Assembly: GCF_000150275.1 (NCBI RefSeq)
Contig: NW_002060949.1
Coordinates: 1,795,836 to 1,859,835, forward strand
Origin: Trichoplax adhaerens
Lineage: Eukaryota > Animalia > Placozoa
DNA: 64,000 nucleotides
Direction of reading: 5' to 3'
Position numbers and translations under genes: made by a program. The notes beneath the pieces are model-generated. The model was given only the letters and a program-made list of their open reading frames with translations, was not told where the DNA came from and ran no database searches. Below, piece after piece: positions 52,806-64,000 of the stretch (within the stretch, counting starts at the first letter, position 1; every line of letters begins with the position of its first letter).

Positions 52806-55273
52806 ACACGCTACTGTACACTGTACAGTAGTACTGTATTGAACTCAAATTGAAGGCATAGAGCGTACAGTACAGTACAGTAGAAGCGGCTAGAAAATAG
52901 ATGAGCTTATTCCTTGATACTACTTCTGGATGTTGCACGGGCCACTAGAAAGAAATACGTGTCGACAAAACTTGCATACCTACATAGTAAAGTAGAAGAG
53001 CCCACTGAGCACATCAAGCGATGTTCAAATAAACTAAAATAGTTTACTGTACAGTACACTACTGTAAATGTCCCTCTGTTAGTGGAGAGTAGAGTACGGT
53101 ACAGTACTGTACAGTACTTTGTTCCAAAGTACAGTGTAGTGAACATACTGTACACTGTACAGCATAGACTGTAGGCCGTCGAGGATACTGCTATTTTGCC
53201 AACAAGTCACTCTACTCTATACTGTACAATATGGTCTGTACCCGTGTACCGGTAATGGCGATCGCTAGCAGCGTCGAGTCTCGTACTACAGTACATGGAC
53301 TATTAGGAAAAAAAAATACCTGGACTGGAAACTCTATTGGACGGACAGACGTCTGGCCTGATTTGATCAAGAACTTGGGTCAACCACTTCATTATGACAA
53401 TGCTTTAGTATGCTGACAGCCGATTCTGAAGGGACTGATTTTTTTTCTAAAATAACTAAAAACTAAACTAAAATAATGTACACTAATGTCCCTCTGTTAG
53501 TGGAGAGTACAGTACAGTAGAGTACTGTACAGTACTTCGGAGCAAAGTACAGTACTGTACAGTGTAGTGAACATACTGTACATTGTACAGCATAGACTGT
53601 AGGCCGTCGAAGATACTGCTATTTTGCCAACAAGTCACTCTACTCTATACTGCACAATATGGTCTGTACCCGTGTACCGGTCGGTAATGGCGATCGCTAG
53701 CAGCGTGGAGTCTCGTACTACATGGACTATTATTTTAGGAAAAAAATACCTGGACTGGAAACTCCATTGGATGGACAGACGCCTGGCCTGATTTGATCAA
53801 GAACTTGTGTCAACCACTTCATTATGACAATGCTTTAGTATGCTGACAGTCGCTTCTGAAGGGACTGATTCTTTTTCTAAATAAAGTACGACTGTACTGT
53901 ACTCAGTGTACTATACTGTATAGTAGTGCATTTTCCACATCTTCGGCCATGTCTGTTATGAAAAGTCCGTCTATCTGAGGAGAGTTTCCAGTTCAGGTAT
54001 TTTTCCTAGTACAGATCAAAATTCACCCAGGTACCGTACAGTAAAACTGTACNNNNNNNNNNNNNNNNNNNNNNNNNNNNNNNNNNNNNNNNNNNNNNNN
54101 NNAGTAAGTACACACTACTGTACACTGTACAGTAGTACTGTATTGAACTCAAATTGAAGGCATAGAGCGTACAGTAGAAGCGGCTAGAAAATAGATGAAC
54201 TTATTCCTTGATACTACTTCTGGATGTTGCACGGGCCACTAGAAAGAAATACGTGTCGACACTACTTGCATACCTACATAGTAAAGTAGAAGAGCCCGCT
54301 GAGCACATCAAGCGATGTTCAAATAAACTAAAATAGTTTACTGTACACTTGAGTGTACAGTACACTAAATGTCCCTCTGTTAGTGGAGAGTCGAGTACAG
54401 TACTTTGGAACAAAGTACAGTGTAGTGAACATACTGTACACTGTACAGCATAGACTGTAGGCCGTCGAGGATACTGCTATTTTGCCAACAAGTCACTCTA
54501 CTCTATACTCTACAATATGGTCTGTACCCGTGTACCGGTAATGGCGATCGCTAGCAGCGTTGAGTCTCGTACTACATGGACTATTAGGAAAAAAATCCCT
54601 GGACTGGAAACTCTATTGGACGGACAGACGTCTGGCCTGATTTGGTCAAGAACTTGGGTCAACCACTTCATTATGACAATGCTTTAGTATGCTGACAGTC
54701 GATCCTGAAGGGACTGATTTTTTTTCTAAAATAACTAAAAACTAAACTAAAATAGTTTACTGTACAGTACTGTACACTAATGTCCCTCTGTTAGTGGAGA
54801 GTAGAGTACAGTACAGTACTTCGGAACAAAGTACAGTGTAGTGAACATACTGTACATTGTACAGCATAGACTGTAGGCCGTCGAGGATACTGCTATTTTG
54901 CCAACAAGTCACTCTACTCTATACTGTACAATATGGTTTGTACCCGTGTACCGGTAATGGCGATCGCTAGCAGCGTTGAGTCTCGTACTACATGGACTAT
55001 TAGGAAAAAATCCCTGGACTGGAAACTCCATTGGATGGACAGACGCCTGGCCTGATTTGATCAAGAACTTGTGTCAACCACTTCATTATGACAATGCTTT
55101 AGTATGCTGACAGTCGATTCTGAAGGGACTGATTTTTTTTCTAAATAAAGTACGACTGTACTGTACTCAGTGTACTATACTGTATAGTAGTGCATTTTCC
55201 ACATCTTCGGCCATGTCTGTTATGAAAAGTCCGTCTATCTGAGGAGAGTTTCCAGTTCAGGTATTTTTCCTAG
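52806..55273. repeat. ~1.2 kb block present twice (52806-54010 and ~54110-55273), each holding two ~415 bp tandem units; TACWGTA-rich
   Basis: Units beginning GTCCCTCTGTTAGTGGAGAG occur at ~53070, 53488, 54371 and 54782. The blocks flank the N gap. Confidence 0.9.
54053..54102. other. Assembly gap (50 N)
   Basis: Run of n characters. Confidence 1.
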
Positions 55274-55281
55274 TAGTCCAT
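54992..55281. mobile_element. MITE-like element, ~290 bp with ~40-50 bp imperfect terminal inverted repeats
   Basis: Left end ATGGACTATTAGGAAAAAATCCCTGGACTGGAAACTC; right end reverse-complemented reads ATGGACTACTAGGAAAAATACCTGAACTGGAAACTC. No coding capacity and no clear target-site duplication. A truncated sister copy lies at ~53722-54010. Confidence 0.5.
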
Positions 55282-55700
55282 CGTAGTGATGCAGTCCATG
55301 GTCTAGTTGAGTCACTTGAACGTTTCGTCACATGATTACAGTAATATACTGTACTGTACAGTGTACAGTACAGTCTAAGAATCACGTGCGAGGCGTACTG
55401 TACTGTACTGTACTGTAAACTACAGTGTACAGTGTACAGTACAGTTTTACTGTACTGTACAGTACTGTACCTGGGTGAATTTTGATCAAAGCCTCTACAG
55501 TACTGTACAGTACTGTACTGTAGCTTTTTCCCTTACAGTACATGTACACTGTACAGTACTGTACATACTGTACTGTAGTACAGTCACATAAATACCAACA
55601 CGGCCGTTTTTGGTTTCATAAAAACATAAGCAAAGACTAGAATATTCGGCAAGCAAGAAGCGTTTTTTACTTTGAAGAACGAGATCAGAAAACGGCCAAA

Positions 55701-58700
55701 ATGGATAAGATTGGTAGTTTTCCTCCTCCTCCTCCAGCTTACTCTCAAGCATTAAGAGAAGTACCACGGCTACCGAGCTGTTGTTTATGCTGTAATGTGC
55801 GCACTGGTACTATGGTGCTTGCAGTCTACCATATCGTAAGTGGCGTGACGTGAGAATTCTTGTGTATCAGTCGATAGATTGGAGAAAAAAAAATCAATTT
55901 CAACTCGTAGTAGTTGTTGTTCTCTTCTTCGTCATTCAACTTGTAGCAATGCGTTAAACAAGGCAAACCAGTATCCCTACTGTAGTTTTTTTTCTTGCAT
56001 CAACTAACTATGGATGAAAGTACATTGCCAGTCAGCGCAGTGATGATACTCTATAGTGTTTCCGATGAATGATTTGAGTTCGGATTACAGTAAGGGAAAG
56101 AAACAGTCAGCTCCAACGTACTTGGTATTATTACGCATTATTTATTATTATGATGATTATTATTGTAAATTATGGATGCAGTGCGTGTATCAACAGAAAA
56201 AAGGAATGGATTGCCTTGGATTGGACACTTTATAGTCATCTCTGTAATATACGTACACTATATAGTCCTGTGATCATGATTCCAAACAGTCTCTGACCAA
56301 GCCGATTGATCGTATACTCGTAACTTTTGTAATCCTTCGATTGTTGCCATCCAATTCTGACAACAGGCCGTACATATCACATAGTGTAGGCTTAACCCAA
56401 CTCATACAGTCTACATGGTTACAGGATTGTACTACATTAATATCATTGATAGTCTTTATACGTACATTGAATTGATCGAACAACCTACTCAACTATACTT
56501 TAGCTCTAAAATACTGTATCTTAGTGACTTACCACTCGCTACATCTACTCAATGACCCATACTATATTAATAACATTGATATATAACACTATAGTGTAGA
56601 GTATACTATAAAGCGCTGGTATCTTCCATGCGATATTAAGTACTAAAAGTACTATATATACAGTACAGTGTTTTCTTTCTATCGCGAATTATTGTTACAT
56701 CTAAAATCTTACTACTTTATCTACTGTTTCGCTAGTGCATATTCCATAGAAATTTTTCAATCTATCGTACATCGTACTACCTCAGACTCGTTTCGATCAA
56801 ATTCAGCCTTACCCATTTGCAATCGATGAGAGATGAAAAAATGGTGCGATCAGTTGATCGCGACACAGGAAAGTGCTACAGTATGGAACAGTATGATCGA
56901 CTCCAAGTATCGAGAAAAAGTGATGAAAATTCTTCTCACTTGTAATTACTATCAGGAACTACTTGTAGTCCCTGAAACTACACACAACATGCTTGAAATC
57001 ATGTTGGATCCGATACTGGTTTGAACGAAAATAGCAGAAAGACTCCAAGCACAAGTCTTACTTCTACGGTACCCAATACTACTGTACAGTACTATACTGT
57101 TTACTTAGCTATACCGTATAGAGCAATGTATAGTAAAACAGATAGTTTGCAGAAAAATTCAAACACCCATGAATAATCATTGAAATTTTTCCTCAATGAT
57201 TAATAGAATCTCTGATATAGATACAACCAAATAATGAAATTCATGTCCCTTAATATTTTATCGGCTAAGGGAGTAAAGTAGATTTGATTCTTTTCTGCAT
57301 AAATTATCCTCCTCAACTATTGCTTCAGTAAAACTCATAAGTACAGTACTGTACAGTAATCCTTTGATACTGCCGAAATAAGTATATACAAAGCTTGGTC
57401 AACTGGCATCATTTATTGACGTTATAATATTATATTATCAACATAGAGAACTGGCAAGAAAGTAAAAATCTGCAATAGCGTAACATTGTATCTACCTTGA
57501 GTTTTCGACAACGAGGAAGCCTTCTAGCTAGTCATGGACAGCTAGATGTTTGCTCAGTAGTCTAAGAAGTGAATTAATTATCAATAACAATTTTCTGACG
57601 TTACAGTAGCTAAGTTGCACCATTTATAAAGGCACTTGTAGATACCGTTTTTACGTTTTAAGTATTAATCTTTTAGTGCTTCCATCTTATCATACGATCC
57701 AAATAATATATATATATATATACGAGTATACTGTACGCGTACATGTTAATAGGTTAAGAAAGGGATGTAATTATTTAGAAATGGAGCACACTGCCTGTAA
57801 GTGTTCCATTTACTAACTTTTCTATATTTAATGCTGTAGATACTGAATGTTATTGTCATCGCCGCAACCATCTATGCTTTAGTTGCGAAAGATCTATTCG
57901 ATATTGAATCAAAACTTCAAATTACTCCGAGTAAGTCTAGCTTGGTCACGGCACTTTATACAATTTGCCTCCAATGACCGTATAACGTGATCCTGTTGTA
58001 GCATAGTCATTGACGGTTGTATGCTTACACACCAACTAAAACCAATGAATGAATTGTTGATTTGCTCAATCTCGATACGGCCAAATTTTGACTGAAATAC
58101 TAATATTTAATTTTTTTGCCCATTTATTATGATTGATGCCTTGCTATTAAAGCCTATGCTGCTATGACTATAACATTGGCTGTTGCGTTAATCTTCATAT
58201 CCGCATCATTATTACATGGAACTCGAAAGGTAAGTGTACAGTATAGGTTGACGATTAAAAAAATGATTTAATTACTAAATATTGTTTACAGTGTATGTCG
58301 TAATCAGTTGTTGTCATAGTTATCTTAAAGAGAGCGATTTAATTTAGAAGTCGTAGTTTTAAATAAGTTTTTGCATTCCATGTAATCGTCCGAATTGCCG
58401 CTCAAGCTATTCTATAGACCGTATAGCTTCGACTGCGATACGAGAGCATTTCTTTCGTTGCAACTTCTTCCATGATGATCCTGCTTTTATTTTGCTCTTT
58501 TTGTTAAACGAAAAGCAGCTAGTTTTACTAAAATGCCATACTTAAATTGCTTTGTCTGTATTAGCACCGGCCCGGATTACTATTGCCTTTCTTTTGTGTC
58601 CAAGTTTTCGATTTGGGTCTTGCTACCATTAGCACGGTCTATTACGCTACGGACTTTAGATTAATGCATTTAAAATTACAGGTAAATCTAAAGTAATATT

Positions 58701-59478
58701 AACAAATAATTACATGCGATCGTATTAAATGCTAGTGTAATAAAACTATTGATCAGGATATTGGTTTGACTTGTAATCTATTGCTTCTCGGTGGTATCGT
58801 GATTATCAGTTTTTATGCCTTACATGAACTTCCTTCTTACTTCGTATAGCTGGAAGCGAAAAACGTTATTAATTCTTTAAAATAATAAATGGTAAATGCT
58901 AAGAAAATAACACGGATTGATATCTCCTATATCTTTTATTATTTTATTAGGAATTATATCAAGCTTTTAATTTAGATGAACTATCTATTAGCCAACCTGT
59001 CTTTAATGGGGTTTTCATCGGAACAACTGTATTTCTGTATCTATTGAAGGTATGATAAGGAATATACTTAGCCTTTCTCTCACTTGGCTAATATTAAACT
59101 GACATGCATATCTTTACACGCTATTCGTCACCAATCTCAAAATTTTATACTCCAACCACTATTTAGTTTTATTTTGCGACATGTGTGTGGAAATGTTACA
59201 AGTTTTTGCAAATAACCGAAAACTTACGTGGGCAACCGGAATATTATTTGCAGGTAAAAATTATAATTTTTCAATTTGTATTTTAAATCTCAGGAATGAT
59301 TGCAAGTAGACACATTGAACTTGTAATTAACATAAGAGCCCATTTAATTCTTTTCTTAATCAATTACTTCCTTTAATGCAAACTTATCATGAATCGTATT
59401 TTACGTTATGCATAGGGACCTGCAGTAGCAGATTCTAAGATGAAGCTTCTAAGTGAATCTCCACCGGCATATGAGTAA
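55701..59478 (+). CDS. LAPTM4: Lysosomal-associated transmembrane protein 4 family, multi-exon
   Basis: Exon 1 55701-55835 encodes ...SCCLCCNVRTGTMVLAVYHI|gtaagt (compare CCLCCHVRTGT). Exons at 57840, ~58152, 58565 (LLLPFFCVQVFDLGL), 58951 and 59167 (FYFATCVWKCYKFL). Last exon ends ...KLLSESPPAYE* at 59478. Confidence 0.92.
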
Positions 59479-60149
59479 CAGCTATACAGTTTCGTTATGG
59501 TCTTACATTAAACCATAACTTCGAGCCTGGTAGTCAAATTGCTTCAGCAAGACTACAGGCGTTATTTCCTGTATAATTATAGTGCACAAGTGTCCTTACT
59601 TATGAAAGATATTTAGCGTTATTATAGTACTTCTACATCATTGTGTCTTTGTAAACTTTATGCAAAAAGTGTTTTAATTTTGCATGTTATGCAGGATTAT
59701 TGCTGTGATTGAGACAGGGTTTATACTTCTTATTCGTACTAAAATAGTGTAAAAGTTTCCATAATTTCTACTCGTCATTTGCTAACTTAATGTCACGTGC
59801 GTATTCTTTTCAGTTACATCTTTGTTTCATCGTCAAGGGTGATTTATAAACAATCATTTTACAAAGATAAAAATATTATTGATTTTTAAGTATAATAAAC
59901 TTTTCTATTTTTACAATTAGATAGTATACGAGTATTTGACGTTATAATCGCTTTCCTAATTTTCGTCAAATCAGCCTGTCTCTGCACCATAACAAAAGAA
60001 TGCTTTTCTAGTTGAGATACATGCAACCTTAACGGACCCGTCATTACAACCATTGATACGCTAGGCTATTCTTGCGACAATATCTGAACTTCTATAAAAT
60101 CGAAATTGTACACTATTTTATAGGTATTATTAGTTAATTATATTATGTA

Positions 60150-60403
60150 CTCCGAAAGATATTACTATGCTCATTTATGTTATTACCGCAATATGGTAAT
60201 GAAATGAAGTTTGAAACGTACTATCTCTAGATATGACCGATACCTTGAGATATGATATAAAACTGTAGCAATGGTCAATTACTTTCTCGGAAGGATATTA
60301 CCATGCTCATTTACGCTACTACTAAAACTTCGAGGTAAATCAAAGTTTTAAAATATCACTCTATATATGACTGATATCTCAACCTATGACGTCTAACTGG
60401 TAG
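60150..60403. repeat. Diverged two-copy tandem duplication, ~136 bp period
   Basis: CTCCGAAAGATATTACTATGCTCATTTA...ATATGACCGATA (60150) versus CTCGGAAGGATATTACCATGCTCATTTA...ATATGACTGATA (60286). Confidence 0.75.
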
Positions 60404-63400
60404 ATTTAATGTACTACAATATACATTTATAGTGCATTCCTAGCACACCCGAGCCTTGTAATGAGAGTAAAAATGATTCTACAATTCTATTTGCCTTTTC
60501 CAGTATCATGCCTGTTATACCGTAGTCTGCATCGCTTAAAATACTTACGATAACGTATTCGTCAGTAGGCCATCATTAATGCAATTATCTCCTCGGACTG
60601 AACTACGAAACCTAGACTATTAAGTACAAATTAATTTAGAGTTCTTTTAGCTATGCAGGCATCAATTAATTTTACTCACTGTCACGTAAAATTATGAAAG
60701 TGTGGTATTATTTATTTATAAAAATATGTGTGATAACAGAATTACTACTAGTAAATTTTAAAAGCTATACTACAGCGCAACAATTAATAATATAAATATC
60801 TGCAGTCATTGACTAGAGTAGTTTAACATTTCATCTACTAGTTACATAAATAGATAAAAATTTTTAAAATCTCTATTGCATTATGAACGTGACTTACAAA
60901 CGTATACAACTGATATCCAAGTACCTGAACAATGCTTTGAATATGAGGACAATTATAGAAAACAACAGATCTTCGCTACCGACAATATCAATTACAGAAT
61001 ATCTAGATGTAATTTCTATACAGCAACAAAATCGAAGTAATAACATTGACGTATAATTTATTCATACTTCGAAAGAGCAAATGTGTGCCATATTTTCTTA
61101 GTCTATAATCTGCAGGGATATAGTACGGTACTTTATTTAAATACAGTAATAATTATAATTAAATTTATATCCCGTATTTGCAGGCTGTTATCAAATCGGA
61201 ATCGACGACAGCTAGATGCTGCAATAATATTATTATTATTAATCCCTATAGATTTATAGTTTAAAATACTATGCCTTTCAATCAATACGAAAAGTTTTAC
61301 TTGTGCAAGAATATATTTAATACAGTACGAAATTTTTAATAGCAGAAATAACGATCGACAGATTAATTATATAAGAATAATTCTATAAGATGACAAACAC
61401 TATATTTCTGATTATATACATATTTTGACAGATACCCATTTAGTCAAAGTCGTAATCCGAAATTGCTTTTGCGTACCGAAGAAGATAAGTTCCAATAAAA
61501 TGTGTCGATCTATAAAACTTATGCCCTAGTATGCTATAACTTCACCAATTATTATGCAGCGGAACTACAGCTATCGTATATCTAATACATTGCAATTTAT
61601 TAGAGCAAATCGCGATTGGATATGCAAGGTTAGCTAATTTGGCTATGAAATATGGCTATTACGTTACTTGTATCGATAATATCTTTGCTCTTACTTCATA
61701 CTATTTATAATTCTATAGCAATGATAATATCTCCGCTAAAATTACCATAAATTACATATGATTCTAAATCATAGCTTCAGAGTATTCATAACTTGATTGC
61801 CTATTCAGTGTTGATGTAGAGCTATAAATTGTACTTATTTTTAGTAAAATTTATGACTCGATATATGGAATTTTTACTTCGCTTTGTACAGTATCCTATT
61901 ACACGACAAATGCCTTGGTCAACAATTTTGTAGAATAATTTTGACAGTACTTTATTCAGACATTTTTAAGACAATAATATTAAAAAAAAATCAATTCCCT
62001 AAACAAAGACTATTTTATACTGGATATTACACTTAAGATATCATTTTACTATTTTTTTTCTTTTATCTCTTGATCAACTGCGTTGTTAGGCAGAAATTTT
62101 ATACAATTTGTGCTAATTGTGCATCACATTATTTTACATTTCAATAGTTATATATCACAATATAATTTAAAACTCAGCTGCACTTTCTACTTTTAGTTCA
62201 AGATTCCGGTCTCAATCTTTACTCTATATCGCTTTGGTTTCGCGATATTAGGGCTCTAATTAAGAATAAATTAGTAATATTAAAACGACCTTAGAAATTT
62301 CGTACATTTAATAGCATTATACCGTTTGTAATATTATGTTAGGAATATGAATACTGTAATACTTTTAATAACAAGTGTAACTAGAGACATCAAATTTATT
62401 ATTAACAGCAGATTTCTATCGACGTTCGTAAAAATACATTGTACATATGATCTATCTTCTGTAAATCAATAAGCGTAAAGTGCATACGCACCTTATGCGA
62501 AATTTATTACCATCGATAGTCATTTTAACAATAATTTTGACTGTAATGTATGATAACTAAAGGATATTGATCTTCTACCTCAGTGATGTATTGTATACAT
62601 ATATTTATTATTCCATCGCTATGGTTAGAAAGTCGGCGTTTATAACTATAATAATAGTACCACGTAAATTGAAAGTATTAGATTTCTTATTGTCTAAAGT
62701 TATTATATTATGGATAGTATATTAGCCCACTAGGATGATTATTTAAAGGAAAGAAGATCATCTGTCACGTATTCAACTTTTATCTTTAGTTTATTTTTCA
62801 TCATTCATGGATATGATCAATCAGGCGATACAAGCTTATTAATTAATCACTAATTTATTTTATATTGCATTTAGATTTAACAAATTATATCCTAATAGCT
62901 ATTAACAAAAATTCGGTAGCTAATACACGTATAGGTAGAAAATATCTAATTAGAAGGGTGTCTCATTATTATCAATTGTAGAAGAATCAGACCTATCAAG
63001 GTTTAGAGTAGTCATTATTGCACCATGACATATTTTAACTAGAGATTGCAATATAAGGCCAGCAAACAATATCCATAGAGAACATAATATTTAATCAAAT
63101 TTCCTTGCGCTAATGGGATAAAAAGTTAGCAATATGTCCGGATAAACAATAAAATACCCGTATAATCTAATTTGTTATCGGCATCTATTATTGGTATAAA
63201 ATAAAGCTAAAATAATTAACCCCAAGGTCGTGATAGCATTGTTGAGCGAGAAATGTGAATGATACATATTCGATATATGCAGTAATATTACGACAGTATA
63301 GAAATTTTAATGCTTGTTATAAATCTAATTAACTAAGCTTATAATGCACTAGTGAAAATAACATTCTAACGGGAAGTATTTTTATCACTGAGAAAGGTGT

Positions 63401-64000
63401 AAATGTATTGGCTATCAATAAAGCTGAAAAATTTAAATATAATAATTGTACTAGCACGGTAGAACTCCATAATATCATAACTAATTCAAAAGAACTTGCC
63501 AAAACAAACTCTATCAAACAATTAAATGACGCATGTACCCAACCAGGTACTATACTATCACATATAACGTGATTAATTATAATTATGACCTGGTGCATCT
63601 ATGCGTAGTCAGATGTAATGTTAGTTGAGAAATACATTTCACCGTATCGATTTAGAGTTAAGAAATAAAAAATTTCTTGATATGAGCAGTATCAAATCTC
63701 ATTTTCTAGCTATGGATCATCGCAAATTAAGAGTAAAACTTGAATAAATATCACTTGCAAGATTCTTTTCCCATCGTATTTAATTATTTGCTATATAAAA
63801 TATTATTAGAGTGTGAACAAATGGCATGATTGCTAATGGCCTATGTTACATATACCGCACAATATACTTATACATTTAAGCAATATATCAAGATAAATCT
63901 AGCGTATAAAAGAAGTAAAATCTATGGCCGTATAATTTTTTTCGTTAAGTTTAAAAATTGTACCTATTTCTAAACTATAATGCAAATACTTTTAGATATA

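Noticed and set aside
52800-55600. CRISPR-like or structured-RNA array
   Set aside because: The context is eukaryotic, units are ~415 bp full-length duplicates with no unique spacers, and no tRNA or snRNA motif was recognised.
56833-57024. 63-aa ORF inside LAPTM4 intron 1
   Set aside because: Not needed for the LAPTM4 reading frame and shows no recognisable similarity.
63329-63598. Hydrophobic 89-aa ORF as a GPCR or membrane protein; also a stop-free plus-strand frame at ~63343-63570
   Set aside because: No family motif is present, neighbouring frames contain stops, and no consistent exon chain could be built. A gene continuing beyond the window cannot be excluded.

Overview
AT-rich, compact, intron-containing animal genomic DNA. 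Short GT-AG introns, low GC and metazoan gene content resemble a placozoan such as Trichoplax; this is an inference, not verified. Seven protein-coding genes can be reconstructed from the sequence: CC2D2A (+, 5-10482), an intronless SoxC (-, 14062-15228), a TMEM86-family lysoplasmalogenase (+, 25791-29805), FAM91A1 (-, 32235-39145), LYPLA1/2 acyl-protein thioesterase (-, 41835-45283), CYRI/FAM49 (-, 47608-49860) and LAPTM4 (+, 55701-59478). There is a 50-N gap at 54053-54102. The strongest unexplained signal is that non-coding DNA around gene 5' ends is dense in TACAGTA/TACTGTA. Aligned copies of local duplications differ by exact TA -> TA(CAG|CTG)TA changes, which is the canonical Tc1/mariner excision footprint and suggests promoter-focused serial insertion and excision. 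Other notable items: a triplicated FAM91A1 promoter/first exon that creates two 11-codon uORFs, a ~250 bp fold-back upstream of LYPLA, a MITE-like element, an NF-Y/CRE/RFX motif module in the SoxC upstream desert, and a gene set matching the vertebrate 2p/8q/1p paralogon. No rRNA, tRNA, CRISPR array or intact transposase was recognised.
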